From: an uncultured bacterium | Lineage (GTDB): Bacteria > Planctomycetota > UBA1135 > GCA-002686595 | DNA length: 64,000 nt | Reading direction: 5' to 3' | NCBI GenBank assembly: GCA_943787795.1 | Contig: CALSNU010000005.1 | Location: forward strand, 96,001-160,000 | Part shown: in pieces, positions 7,893 to 18,444 of the stretch | Numbering within the stretch: the first letter of the stretch is position 1 | Layout: each line of letters begins with the position of its first letter | Program-made: the position numbers and the translations under genes | The notes under the pieces: model-generated | The model's input: only the letters and a program-made list of their open reading frames with translations | Databases searched by the model: none | What the model was told of the DNA's origin: nothing

Positions 7893-10883
7893 TCAACGGG
7901 TCTGCTGATAGAGCCAGCGATAGCGGCCTGAGAGGGCTCCGTTGCCGAGGCGCGCGCGTATGGCCGCGTCCGTCTCTTCGCCGGAGCAGTACTCATCCAC
8001 CAGCTCGAACTGCAGGTCGTTCTCGAGGGTCAGCACCACGGTATCGATGAGCCGCTTGGCGCTGCCGGTCTTGCGGTCATCCTGGAGGCCCCAGACGTAG
8101 TAGGCGTAGATCGACATGAACTTGGCCTCGTACCAGTCGCAGGCGAACCACTTGTCGCCGGACTGCGCGAAGGTGTTCAGGCGGTCGGTGATGAACTGGA
8201 ACTCCTCCTCGGTGCCGCCAGCACCGCGCGTTGCGGAGACTCGCTCACCGCCGCTGCCGCCGTTGACGGAGCCGAGCATGGCGCGGCTGAGCAGCAGCGT
8301 CGGACGACGCGACTTCAGGACGGCATCGGGCCCGACGATGAGGGGCGCCAGCAGGTTCTTGGCGACCTCCATGTCGCCGAGCTCCACCAGGCACTCAGCC
8401 AGGTCAGGGGTGACCTGGTTGGCCACGGTCTTGCCGTACTTCTCGTCGTCCTTGAAGCGCGAGGCGAGCCGCTCGAGCGGCGCCTTGGCCTTCTCCCATT
8501 CCTGGAGCTCCAGCCACAGCTTGGACTCTGCCCGGAGGTTCTTGAACTCCGGGCTGGTGGTGATGCCGTTGGCCACCTGCAGGGCGCTGGCCATCTCGCC
8601 AGTGACTTGCTGGTAAGCGTTCGCGTCGGGCGTCCCTGCCGCCTCCAGGCGGTCACGTCGCGCCTTGAGCGCCAGGTAGAGGTCGATCGATGCGCTCGCG
8701 GTCTCCGGAGCGTCGGGGTTCGCCTCGACCATCTCGGCCACGATGGCGGCCGCGGCCGCGGCGTCGCCCGACTTGGCGTAGGAGTCAGCGAGCATGGACT
8801 GCGCGCGGATCACGAACTTGCCGGCGTTGCCGTAGGTCGACCCGTAGTTGCGGAGCTCGCTGATGACCGTCGCGAAGCCGCTGTCGTCCGCGCCCTCGGA
8901 CTTTCGATAGCGACTGTTGGCGATCACGTGGTCGATGTAGGCGCGGTAGAACTCGGCGCGCGAGAGGGCCTGGCTGCGGCGCGCCTCCTCGAGCGGGCTC
9001 GTGGGGGTGAACTCGGGGTCCTTCGCGCGACCGGTCAGGTAGCCGTCGAAGGCCTTCCGTGCGCCCGAGAGGTCCTTGTTGGAGAGCTTGCAGAGCCCGA
9101 TCTGGATCTGCGCCAGCTCGTAGAAGCCGTCGGCGGGCTGGATCTGCTGGTACTCGGCGATGGCGCCCTCCCAGTCTCGATCGCCGCGTCGCTTCTCGCC
9201 GCGGTTGAAGATGATCTCGTCGGCTGAGCCCTCCTCGTCAAACTGGATGACGAAGTTCTCGGCCTCGCGGACCATCGCGGCCACGTCGTCCTGCCGCTCG
9301 AGCCCGAGGTTGCGCGCCCAGGCCTTGATGGTGTTCTGGTAACCGCGCGCGTTCGAGCGGTTGAAGTCATTGTCGCGCCAGTTGATGAGCGCCTCACGGA
9401 AGGCCATGGCAGCCTCGAGCTGGCGGTCTTGGCGTCGCAGGGTGAGGCCCATGCCGTTGTAGACCTTCGCGCCGAACTCGACCCGGTCCGCGGGGTCGAG
9501 CGCGTCGAGCCGCGTCAGCAGTTCACGGTAGCCAGCCAGGGCCTCCTCGTAGTTCTCGCCCGCGCGCTTCGCGTCGGCGGCCTGGAGGAGCTGAGCCGGG
9601 GGGATCTCGATACCCGGCCGCTCGTTGATCGAGGCGATGAGCTCCCCGCCCTTCCGGGCAGCCTCGCTGCCGGGGTTGTCCGTCGCGATTTGCTTGGCGA
9701 GGTCGAGGGCGAAGGTGATGCTGTCGCGCTGCTGGCGACGGGACTTCACCGCCTCGCGCATCTCGGCCTCGGTGGCGAACCACTGGGCTCGACCCTGGCC
9801 GAGGTCGCCGCCGATGAACCCGCCGGCGTCCACGAGGGTGCTCGCGAACTCGAGCATGGCCGTGTTACCGAGCACAGAGAGCGAGAAGCCCTCCTGGCGG
9901 TAGAGGTTGTAGAAGAAGAGACCCGCGGTGATCGCGCCCTCAAGCTCACCGAGGTCCCTCGAGGTGCCCTGGACGCCGGGGATGACGAGCTCGACATATA
10001 GGAAGCGCTTCTGCTTGATGTCGAGGGGGAGCTTGGACCACTCGAGCATCTCCTCCCGCTCCGTGGGGTCGATGGGGATCACGCTGTTGATCACGCCGAG
10101 GTAGAAGTCACGGGCCTCCTCAGGGAAGCCGGTGCTCGCGTAGACGTCGCCGATGCCCGCGTTGGCGCGCAGGGCGATCTCGGTGCCCTCGCCCACATCA
10201 AAGATGAGCTCCGAGTACGTCTCGATGGCCTGCTCGCTGAAGAACGCATCGTCCGGCGTGGCGGCGCTGATCCGTGCGTAGAGCCCGGCCTTGTCCAGCA
10301 TCAGGACATCCCGCTTGGTCTTGAGCGCGGGGGTCATGGGGTCCGTCGCGTCGATCTCTTCGATGAGCTCCTCGCACAGGCGGACGGACTTCTCCAGCAC
10401 CTCGACCTTGCGCGCTCGGAGCGCCTCGGCTTCCTCGCCGACGGCATCCTCGAGGGAGATGTCGAGGCTGCGCGCATAGAAGCTGGCGAGCTCCACCATC
10501 GTGCGCTGGGCATCGATGCGATTGTCCGCGCCCATGTTGGCGTTGACGTAGTCCTCGTAGGCGCTGAGCGACTGCTCGAAGAGCTCGTTGCGACGGGCGG
10601 GGTCCGACGAAGCCTTGGCGCCGATGTAGTAGATGTCACAGCGGACGAGGTCGAGCTCGGACTCCATTCGGCCGGAGACACCCGCGTCGGCCACGTTGTC
10701 GAGGACCTTGTTGGCCATGTCGACGAAGGCCCACTGCTTGGCGAGGCCGCGCGCGAAGTTGATCTCCGCCTCGACGGCCTTCTCGGAGCTCGACTGAGCG
10801 CCGGCCGGCAGGGCAAGGCCGAGCGCGGCGGTGAGGAGGACGAGCTGACGGGGGAGGGTGCAGGCGCTGAGTGAGATGGTCAT
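7893..10883 (-). CDS. Large (~996 aa) secreted TPR solenoid protein
   Basis: Signal peptide ending LPAGA-Q; many TPR-like repeats (YEEALAGY, WEGAIAEY, WEKAKAPL); GC3-biased codons. Confidence 0.75.
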   Translation of the reverse strand: MTISLSACTLPRQLVLLTAALGLALPAGAQSSSEKAVEAEINFARGLAKQWAFVDMANKVLDNVADAGVSGRMESELDLVRCDIYYIGAKASSDPARRNELFEQSLSAYEDYVNANMGADNRIDAQRTMVELASFYARSLDISLEDAVGEEAEALRARKVEVLEKSVRLCEELIEEIDATDPMTPALKTKRDVLMLDKAGLYARISAATPDDAFFSEQAIETYSELIFDVGEGTEIALRANAGIGDVYASTGFPEEARDFYLGVINSVIPIDPTEREEMLEWSKLPLDIKQKRFLYVELVIPGVQGTSRDLGELEGAITAGLFFYNLYRQEGFSLSVLGNTAMLEFASTLVDAGGFIGGDLGQGRAQWFATEAEMREAVKSRRQQRDSITFALDLAKQIATDNPGSEAARKGGELIASINERPGIEIPPAQLLQAADAKRAGENYEEALAGYRELLTRLDALDPADRVEFGAKVYNGMGLTLRRQDRQLEAAMAFREALINWRDNDFNRSNARGYQNTIKAWARNLGLERQDDVAAMVREAENFVIQFDEEGSADEIIFNRGEKRRGDRDWEGAIAEYQQIQPADGFYELAQIQIGLCKLSNKDLSGARKAFDGYLTGRAKDPEFTPTSPLEEARRSQALSRAEFYRAYIDHVIANSRYRKSEGADDSGFATVISELRNYGSTYGNAGKFVIRAQSMLADSYAKSGDAAAAAAIVAEMVEANPDAPETASASIDLYLALKARRDRLEAAGTPDANAYQQVTGEMASALQVANGITTSPEFKNLRAESKLWLELQEWEKAKAPLERLASRFKDDEKYGKTVANQVTPDLAECLVELGDMEVAKNLLAPLIVGPDAVLKSRRPTLLLSRAMLGSVNGGSGGERVSATRGAGGTEEEFQFITDRLNTFAQSGDKWFACDWYEAKFMSIYAYYVWGLQDDRKTGSAKRLIDTVVLTLENDLQFELVDEYCSGEETDAAIRARLGNGALSGRYRWLYQQTR

Positions 10884-11112
10884 GTTCGTTCGTCGCAATC
10901 GCAGAGCCTCGCTGGGGGAGGCTGGCGGTGGGCTTCGACCGGGTCTTAGTCCGCTGGATGAAGGGGGTGACCAAGAGCTCGTCGAGGAATCCAAAAGGAT
11001 GCCCCTGTCACTCGAGGAGACCAGGAAGCGGGCGGGAGAGGATACGGCAAGCGGGCGCGACTGGGAACGGCTGAGCCCAGCTCTGCGGGCGCTATCTGGC
11101 GATACAAGAGAG

Positions 11113-11148
11113 CCGCCGGGCGGCCCGCAGATGCGGACCGCCCGGCGG
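11113..11148 (-). terminator. Hairpin/terminator after the second secretin
   Basis: CCGCCGGGCGG...CCGCCCGGCGG inverted repeat followed on the minus strand by CTCTCTTGT. Confidence 0.6.
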
Positions 11149-11183
11149 CGGAGGACTTGGCGCCCCTCAGGAGGGGCGGGCCA

Positions 11184-13817
11184 TCAGAAGTCGCGGCCGA
11201 GCTCGGCGTCGGTCGGCGCGTCTTCCTTGGGGATCACGATCACACCCTTGAGCAGGATCAGGAGCTTGCGGTTGGCGGTGTAGTTGCCCTTCCGCTCGAA
11301 CAGGAAGTTCAGCAGCGGGATCTTGTTCAGGAACGGGACGCCGGAGCGCTGGTCCTGCTTGGTGGACTCCTTCAGGCCGCCGAGGAGAACGGTGCCGCCA
11401 TCCATGATGGGGATGGAGGTCCGAACGCGCTCGATGGAGACCTCGGGCAGCTGGATGGTGACCGAGTTCTGGGTGCCGAGGGTGGTCGGCTTGTCCTGAA
11501 TCGGGCGCTTCAGCTTGGCGATCGTCGGGCGCAGCTCGAGGGTGATGAAGCGACGGTCGGCCGAGACCACCGGGCGCACGTCGAGCACCACGCCGTCCTG
11601 GATGACGTTGATGATCGGGTCGGCGATGGAGGCCGCCTGGGCGATCTGGACGTCGAAGTCAGAGACGTAGGCGACCTGGTTGAGCACCGAGATGTTGGCC
11701 CGGGCGCCGTTGTTCACCAGCAGTCGCGGGGCGACCACGGACTCGCGGCGCTCGCTCTTGGAGACCGCGCGCAGGATGAGCTCCAGCTGCAGGTCGTTCA
11801 GGAAGGACCACTGGAAGGACAGTCCACCGGAAGCCTGGAAGGTGTCCGAGCCGAGCTGGGTGTCGTAGAGGTCCTCGACGCGGCCGCGGTAGCTACCGTC
11901 AGCGCCGTCGTCGAAGTAGGCACCGACATCGCTCGTGCGACCGATGACGTCGCCGAACTCCGAGGAGCCGTCGCCGAAGTCGTTGAACTCGACGCCGTTC
12001 GGGCCGGGGCCGGGGAGGCCGAGGCCGCGGAAGTCGACGCCGATGTCCTCGAGGAAGCTGTCCTCGACGCGCATGAAGCGCGCTTGGATGTCGACCAGGA
12101 TGCCGGTGGACTCGCGGAGGTCGTCAAGGAGGTCCTTGATCTTGCCCTGCACCTCGGGGGTCTGGCTCACCACCAGCGTGCCCTTCTCCGTGACCCGGAT
12201 CGAGTTGGCCGGATCGTCGCCCCAGCTGTTCGGGGCGATGTTGTTCTGGATCAGCTCCTCGAGCTCACCGGTGCCGATCACGTTGGCCTCGCGCTCGGGC
12301 AGGTCCTCCTCCGGGATGGGGAGACCGTCGGAGGGGGAGATGTTGATGTCGGGCCCGGGGTAGTCCGGGATCGGCGTCACGAGGTCGGCCACCGAGTAGG
12401 TCGCGCTGACCTGACCGCCGGTCATCTCGCTGTCGGTCACGAACAGCACCACGCCGTCCTCGATCTTCCAGCTCATGCCCTCGGTGAGCAGCGCGATCAT
12501 GTCGAGGATCTGCGTGACGCTCCTGTCAGAGACGTCCAGGTCGACGGCCACCTCGTCCTCTCCGATCTCGTCGTAGACGAGGGAGCTGATCTGGAAGTTG
12601 ACGCCGCTCTGGGCCTGCAGGAAGTTCGCGACGCTCGAGAGCGCAGCGGGGCCGTCCTCATCGCCGAAGCGGGCGGGGACCACCGTTTGGTTCAGGCGCT
12701 CGAGGACCGCGGCGCGCTCGGGGTCGATCGCGGTCTCGATCTGAATGCTCGAGAAGGAGCGGCGCTGGCTCACTTCCTTCCAGCGGTCCAGATCGAAGAT
12801 CAGGGGCTGCGTCTGCGGGACGTCCATGGTCCGCAGGTCGTCGAAGGTGCGGAGCCACTCCTCGCGGTAGTCGCGGCGCTGGCGCTCATCGACCTTGGCG
12901 TGGCCGGCGGCGCGGGAGGTCTCAAGGAGCTCCTGGGCGGCCTCGCTGCCGGGGTCGGCCACGAGGATGAGCTGGGCGAACTTCGAAGCCTCGTCGTAGT
13001 TCTCGGCCATGAAGGCGGAGTTGGCGCGCTCGTAGTAGCTGCTCAGCTTGTTGCGGACGCGGTCGCGCTCGGCGGCCTCCATGCGGGCGACCTCCTCGGC
13101 AGCGGCGGAGCGCTGCTGGGCCAGCTCAAGCTGCTCGGCCTCGTCGCGGGCGATGAGCGCCTCCTTCAGCTTGTTGCTCACCAGGCGCTCGTCGAGCGAG
13201 TTGGTGGCGATCAGCGGATCGATGCGGAGGATCGTCTCGGCCTGACGGAAGCTCTCGATGGCGCGGTCGTAGTCGCCGGCCCTCATGGCAGCCTCGCCCT
13301 TGGCGTCCCACTCTTCAGCGCGAGCGCGCGTCATCGTCTGCTTGACGAGGTAGCGGTCCGCCTCGGAGGCGAAGGCCTCGCCGCCCTGGGCGAGGGGGTC
13401 GCCCATCATCGCCTCGACCTTGCGGAACCCCTCGCGGGCCGACTGGTTCGAGGGGTCCATCTGGACGGCCTCTGAGTAGAGCACCAGGGCTCCCTTCAGG
13501 TCCGAACGGCTGAGGGCCTCCGCGGCGCGCGCAGCGAACTGCTCGGAGAGCACCTTGCTCTTCTGCATTCGCACGAGCGCGGTGTTGAAGCTCTCGTCGG
13601 CACCGTCATCGCCGTCGTCCTCCTGAACGACCACGTTGGTGGCCAGGGCGAAGTCAGCGTCTTCGCTAGCGGCGGCCGCCACGTTTGAGGTGAAAAGGTC
13701 ACTGGACTCCGTTGTCGCGGTCTCCGCGACAGCGTCGGTGGAGACGCTCGGGTCGGTGCCTACGCATGCGACGGATGCCGCGATCAGGAACGGGAGGTAG
13801 GAAAGACTTGTCCGCAT
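11184..13817 (-). CDS. Secretin-domain outer-membrane protein with N-terminal TPR region (paralog of 451..3102), probable lipoprotein
   Basis: Lipobox SVAC; DGVVLDVRPVVS, MDGGTVLLGGL, GVPFLNKIPLLNFLF secretin motifs; shares DFDVxIAQxxxxADP with the first secretin. Confidence 0.87.
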   Translation of the reverse strand: MRTSLSYLPFLIAASVACVGTDPSVSTDAVAETATTESSDLFTSNVAAAASEDADFALATNVVVQEDDGDDGADESFNTALVRMQKSKVLSEQFAARAAEALSRSDLKGALVLYSEAVQMDPSNQSAREGFRKVEAMMGDPLAQGGEAFASEADRYLVKQTMTRARAEEWDAKGEAAMRAGDYDRAIESFRQAETILRIDPLIATNSLDERLVSNKLKEALIARDEAEQLELAQQRSAAAEEVARMEAAERDRVRNKLSSYYERANSAFMAENYDEASKFAQLILVADPGSEAAQELLETSRAAGHAKVDERQRRDYREEWLRTFDDLRTMDVPQTQPLIFDLDRWKEVSQRRSFSSIQIETAIDPERAAVLERLNQTVVPARFGDEDGPAALSSVANFLQAQSGVNFQISSLVYDEIGEDEVAVDLDVSDRSVTQILDMIALLTEGMSWKIEDGVVLFVTDSEMTGGQVSATYSVADLVTPIPDYPGPDINISPSDGLPIPEEDLPEREANVIGTGELEELIQNNIAPNSWGDDPANSIRVTEKGTLVVSQTPEVQGKIKDLLDDLRESTGILVDIQARFMRVEDSFLEDIGVDFRGLGLPGPGPNGVEFNDFGDGSSEFGDVIGRTSDVGAYFDDGADGSYRGRVEDLYDTQLGSDTFQASGGLSFQWSFLNDLQLELILRAVSKSERRESVVAPRLLVNNGARANISVLNQVAYVSDFDVQIAQAASIADPIINVIQDGVVLDVRPVVSADRRFITLELRPTIAKLKRPIQDKPTTLGTQNSVTIQLPEVSIERVRTSIPIMDGGTVLLGGLKESTKQDQRSGVPFLNKIPLLNFLFERKGNYTANRKLLILLKGVIVIPKEDAPTDAELGRDF

Positions 13818-14294
13818 GGATCGAGTCAGACGCGTGGGGGTCGTCGGGGGGAGATGACGGTCGTCCGCCCCAGTTCGTCGCCGACGCAGTCGGCGATGGG
13901 GGACAGGAGCGAACGCTGGGGGGGATTCGTGCCCAGGGCAACCAAGAGGGTCGCTTCTGAGCGCGTGGAACGGGACGCGGGGCGGTTCGAAGAACGGGTT
14001 GGTGGGGGGATCTCGCGTCCGTTGCTGAGGCTCCGGGCCGTTGCTGGCCGCGGCGACATTCAGCTTCGAGAGCCACCGCTAGCGCGGCGGAGCCCGATGG
14101 AGCGCCTCTATTGGGCTTCGGAGAGTACGGTTCCTGTGCAGAAGGGTCAACGGGCACCCAGTTCTCAGATAGCTCGCCTCCGATATAGATCGCGTCGCGA
14201 GCGGTTACCGGTGGCGGCGCGGTGTCCTCGCTGAAGATCTCGGGCGGATCCGTCGATGCCCGCAGCGCCTCGTTGTTTGGACGCCGAGGGGCGC

Positions 14295-15275
14295 TCAGGG
14301 GGTCCGACGGGGAAGCCCAGCCGCGTCCATGGCCAGCTGAATGTCCTCCCACGCCTTGCGCTTCTCGTGGGGGGACCGGAGCAGGTACTCCGGATGGAAG
14401 GTGGGGACGACCTTGCGCCCCATGTGGTCATGCACCTTGCCCCGCAGGCGTCCCAGGGGGGCGTCGACGCCCAGGAGGTGCCCGGCCGCGTGGCGGCCGA
14501 GGGGAATGATCACCAGCGGGTCCACAAGCTCGATCTGGCGCTCCAGCCACGCGGAGCAAAGGGCCTGCTCCTCCGGGAGCGGGTCCCTGCTCTCGGGCGG
14601 TCGGCACTTGACCACGTTCGCGATGTAGACGTCCTCACGGGCGATTCCCATCCCCTTTGAGATGATGTCATTCAGGAGGTCTCCCGCGGCGCCCACGAAG
14701 GGGACGCCCTGCCTGTCCTCGTCCTCGCCAGGGGCCTCGCCGAGGAAGAGGATCCGTCGGGAGCCGGTGCCGTCGCCGAACACGGTCTGCGTGCGCGTGG
14801 ACGCCAGCCCACAGGCCGTGCAGTCCGCAACGCAGGCCTCGAGCTCGCCGAGGTCTCGGGCGCCAGACGCTCGATCCTCCAGGTCTTTCGGGCGAGCGTC
14901 CGCTGCGCTTTCGGCAGTGGAGGGGGCAGCGCCCCGGCCTCCAGCTGCAGCAGGCGCGGCGGCAGGGGCGGCAGCAGGGGCGGCAGCAGGGGCGGCAGCA
15001 GGGGCGGCGGTACGGGCGGCTGCTGGGACGGCTGTTGCGGGCCCTCCGCCAGCGGGAGCGGCATCGGAGGAGCGGGGCCCAGGAGGCGCGGCATGGGCAG
15101 CGGGCAGGTCCTTCGCGGGGCGCGGTGGCGTCGCCGGTAGGGCGTCCAGCCGTGCGATGCGGCGAGTCCCCATGGCCTCGCGGCGGCCGAGGGCGTGCTG
15201 TAGCGCGAGAGCGAGCCCGGCGATATCGCCTTCGGGGCTCCCCGAGGAGCCCTCCTGGGGGTTGTCCTGGCTCAT
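14295..15275 (-). CDS. Uracil-DNA glycosylase family 4 with Ala/Pro-rich N-terminal linker
   Basis: CTAC, GEAPG, KCRPP and HP motifs; ATG 15275 overlaps the mtaB stop (ATGA). Confidence 0.9.
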   Translation of the reverse strand: MSQDNPQEGSSGSPEGDIAGLALALQHALGRREAMGTRRIARLDALPATPPRPAKDLPAAHAAPPGPRSSDAAPAGGGPATAVPAAARTAAPAAAPAAAPAAAPAAAPAAAGGRGAAPSTAESAADARPKDLEDRASGARDLGELEACVADCTACGLASTRTQTVFGDGTGSRRILFLGEAPGEDEDRQGVPFVGAAGDLLNDIISKGMGIAREDVYIANVVKCRPPESRDPLPEEQALCSAWLERQIELVDPLVIIPLGRHAAGHLLGVDAPLGRLRGKVHDHMGRKVVPTFHPEYLLRSPHEKRKAWEDIQLAMDAAGLPRRTP

Positions 15276-16723
15276 TTCGAGACCTCTGCTGGCCGTTCCG
15301 AGCTGCCCGGAGCCCTCACGTCGCCCACGGATCGCCCTAGAACGAGTGGCCCCGTGTCTCGCGTTGGACCGGCCACTCCCAGGGGGCGGCCCCTGAGGCG
15401 GCTGACCTCGCGCCCGTCCGCCGCGGTCTCGACGGTGCACTCCAGGGTCACATCCAGGGCGTCGGGGGGCACCCCCGCGATGTGGTCAGGGTCGACCGAA
15501 ACCCGTTGATAGCGGCCGGAGAGGCCCACAAAGCCCTCGAGGACCACCCGGTCGCGGGCGCCGTGGAGCTCCCGCCGGAAGGCCTCTTCCCAACCGCTTG
15601 CGGCCTCGGAGAGCGCCGCACGGCGCGCCCGGGAGGCCTCCGGAGGGACCCTGGAGCCCATCGAGGCGGCGGCTGTGCCTGGCCGAGGAGAGAACGGGAA
15701 GACGTGGACCTTGGTGAATCCGGCCTCCTCCGCAGTAGCGAGGGTGCGCTCGAAGTCGGCGTCGGTCTCTCCGGGGAATCCGACGAGGATGTCCGCGGTG
15801 AACGCGGGTCGATCGAGGCGGGCCCGGATCCGGTGACAGGCCTCCAGGTACTCCGCGACCGTATACCAGCGGTTCATGGCCTTGAGCACCGGGTCAGCAC
15901 CGGACTGCATGGGCATGTGGAGGTGGGGGGCGATCCGGTCCGGTCGCTCCGCCATGAGGGACACCATGTCGTCGTCGACCTCGGTCGCCTCGATGGACGA
16001 CACCCGCAGCCGCCACTCGACGGGGGCACCGTCAGGACCGGTGGCCTCCACCTTCACCAGGCGCTGGAGGAGGGCCGAGAAGCTGGAGTCGATGTCCAGG
16101 CCCCAGTGCCCGATATGGATGCCGCAGAGCACGATCTCCACGTGCCCCGAGGCCACGAGGCGCTCGACCTCGGCGGCCAGCTCCTCTGCCGGGCGGCTGG
16201 TGCTACGGCCGCGAACGTGGGGGATAATGCAGAACGCGCAGCGCTTGTCGCAGCCGTCCTGAATCTTGAGGAAGGCCCTCCGGTGGCCCGCGAATTCGGT
16301 GATCCCGGCGGGAATGCCGAGCTCCTCTGGGCCCACCTCCTGCCCGATCTGGCGCAGGAAGTTGACCGGGCGCTTGGCCTCGCCGTTGCCGAGGACCCAC
16401 TCCACATTGGGGATCTCGCGCAGGATCTCGGGCTCGGACTCCGCCAGGCAGCCCGTCACCGCCACCCTCGCCTCGGGGGTCTCGCGACCGATCCGGCGAA
16501 TCAGCTGGCGCGCCTTGCGGCCGGCCTCCGCCGTCACGGTGCAGGTGTTCACGACGACCAGGTCAGCCCCAGGGCCGGTCTCCTCGAGCCCCCGCCGCCC
16601 CAGGGCCTCCCGGAGGACCTGGGTGTCGTACTGGTTGGCTTTGCACCCGAAGGTGACGAAGCGCACGGAACCCGGCGCGTCCCTGTCGTTCGATCCTCCG
16701 CCCAGACTCTCCATGGGGGGCAT
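15272..16723 (-). CDS. mtaB: tRNA t6A37 methylthiotransferase (MtaB/MiaB-family radical SAM)
   Basis: TFGCKANQYDT, NTCTVT, CDKRCAFC radical SAM motif, HMPMQSG, FSPRPGT. Confidence 0.85.
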   Translation of the reverse strand: MPPMESLGGGSNDRDAPGSVRFVTFGCKANQYDTQVLREALGRRGLEETGPGADLVVVNTCTVTAEAGRKARQLIRRIGRETPEARVAVTGCLAESEPEILREIPNVEWVLGNGEAKRPVNFLRQIGQEVGPEELGIPAGITEFAGHRRAFLKIQDGCDKRCAFCIIPHVRGRSTSRPAEELAAEVERLVASGHVEIVLCGIHIGHWGLDIDSSFSALLQRLVKVEATGPDGAPVEWRLRVSSIEATEVDDDMVSLMAERPDRIAPHLHMPMQSGADPVLKAMNRWYTVAEYLEACHRIRARLDRPAFTADILVGFPGETDADFERTLATAEEAGFTKVHVFPFSPRPGTAAASMGSRVPPEASRARRAALSEAASGWEEAFRRELHGARDRVVLEGFVGLSGRYQRVSVDPDHIAGVPPDALDVTLECTVETAADGREVSRLRGRPLGVAGPTRDTGPLVLGRSVGDVRAPGSSERPAEVSK

Positions 16724-16749
16724 GGTAGCCGAAGCGGAGCGCCCACCCC

Positions 16750-18444
16750 ATGGCGGCGACCGCCTACACTGCCCGCACTGTGCTTCGAAACACGCTCGAC
16801 TCCATCGCAGGACTCGTCTCCCGCGGTGACTCCGCTCCTGCAGCCCTCCCCGTCCCCCGGGCACTCAGGTGCCTCACGGGGCTCCGACGGTCCCGCGTCG
16901 CCGCACCCTCGGGCTCGGCCTTGCTGCTCCTCGCCGCCCTCACGGCCTGCGGTGGCTCCGACCCCGATTCGCCGGAGGGGGCGGGGACCGCCCCGTCCGT
17001 CGCATCCTCGGAGCTGCGCCGAGACGGACGGGCCGAGGCGGTGCAGCTTCGCCGCCTGCTGGATGAGGGCCGGACGGATCTCGCCGCGCCGATGCTCGCG
17101 GCCCTCGAGCCAGAGCTCGGCCTCGAGGGGCCGCTGCTGCGTGCTCGTCTCGTCGTGATCCAGGGCGACCGGGGGTCCTGGCTCCAGCAGATCGAGATCG
17201 CCCGGGCGATGAACCCGGCCGACCCCAGGCCCTACGCCACCGCCGCCGAGCTGTACGCCTCGATCGGGCTCCACGAGTCCGCGTTGGATGAGATCACCCG
17301 CGGCCTCGAGGCCGTCGGTTCGCTGACCCCGGAGCTGCAGCGAGCGCAGGGGGTCTACGCCATCACGACTGTGGGCGGGGGGAAGACCGGGCTCCTCTAT
17401 CTGGAGTCCGCCCTCCAGGCCGACCCGGGACTCCCGTTCATGGGCCGCCCGCTGGGTCAGGCGTACCTGCTCTCCGCCCAGCGCTCCATGGCCGAAGGGC
17501 AGGGCAAGCTGGCGCTCGAGCGGATCCAAAGATCTCTCGAGTTCGATCCCACCGACCCAGGGGCGCGCCGCACCTACGCCGAGATCATCATCGCGGTGAA
17601 CCGGGACTTCTCTGGCGGCATCGCCTTGCTCGAGCAGCTCCTCAAGGACGGCGAGGAGGTCAAGGATCTCGTCGCCCGCATGAGCTGGTCGGCGGGGGTG
17701 AAGGCCCAGGTCGCCGGCGACCGAGGCGCTGCGCGCAAGTACTACCTACGCGCCCGGGAGCTCGGGTGCGTGGAGGCGACGCAGGGGATGGCGAAGGGCT
17801 TCTTCGAGGCCGAGGCGCGCGGGGCCTTCGACGCCGCGGTGGTCGCAGCCACGGCTGCAGAAACGGCGAGCCTGCGCCTGCGGGTCGCCGAAGCCGTCGG
17901 GCTCCTCGGCGAGGGCGAGCGCGGCCGCTACACCCTCTCGGGCTGGTTCCTGGAGGCGGCCGCCGCGGCGCTCTCTGCCGGCGAGACCGAGCGCGCGGGG
18001 CAGCTCGCTGCCGCCGCGCGTGACACAGACCCCCAGGTGGCGGGTCTGGCGGAGCTCTCGGGGGCCATCTATCTGCAGCGGGCGGTCGATTCCATGGGGG
18101 ATCGCGACCTCGAGGCAGCGCTGGTCTTCGCGGAGCAGGCGACCCTGGTGGACCCTGACGACGCCATGGCGCATCACCTGCTCGGGGAGCTGCGCTACGC
18201 CGCTGGTCGCTTCGCAGAGGCCGTGCCAGAGCTGGACCGCGCGCTCCGGAATTCGGAGCTCGACGGGGAGCCTCTCGGCCTCGAGGTGGCGCTGATGCTG
18301 GCTCGCTGCCAGGAGCAGAGCGGCCAGGCGAGCGATGCCATTGCGACCCTGGACCAGTACCTTCGCCGACCGGCGACTGCGGACGACGCCAGCACTCGGG
18401 AGGAGGCGAGCGCGCTCCTCCGGTCGCTCCGCGCGGGCGGCTGA
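16750..18444 (+). CDS. TPR-repeat protein, probable lipoprotein
   Basis: LLLLAALTAC lipobox-like segment (true start may be later); TPR motifs SLEFDPTDPGA, LVDPDDAMAHHLLG. Confidence 0.7.
   Translation: MAATAYTARTVLRNTLDSIAGLVSRGDSAPAALPVPRALRCLTGLRRSRVAAPSGSALLLLAALTACGGSDPDSPEGAGTAPSVASSELRRDGRAEAVQLRRLLDEGRTDLAAPMLAALEPELGLEGPLLRARLVVIQGDRGSWLQQIEIARAMNPADPRPYATAAELYASIGLHESALDEITRGLEAVGSLTPELQRAQGVYAITTVGGGKTGLLYLESALQADPGLPFMGRPLGQAYLLSAQRSMAEGQGKLALERIQRSLEFDPTDPGARRTYAEIIIAVNRDFSGGIALLEQLLKDGEEVKDLVARMSWSAGVKAQVAGDRGAARKYYLRARELGCVEATQGMAKGFFEAEARGAFDAAVVAATAAETASLRLRVAEAVGLLGEGERGRYTLSGWFLEAAAAALSAGETERAGQLAAAARDTDPQVAGLAELSGAIYLQRAVDSMGDRDLEAALVFAEQATLVDPDDAMAHHLLGELRYAAGRFAEAVPELDRALRNSELDGEPLGLEVALMLARCQEQSGQASDAIATLDQYLRRPATADDASTREEASALLRSLRAGG

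Noticed and set aside
11157..13475. 772-aa plus-strand ORF (and similar long ORFs at 32797-34962, 27243-29066, 52434-54038)
   Set aside because: Antisense shadows of well-supported genes.
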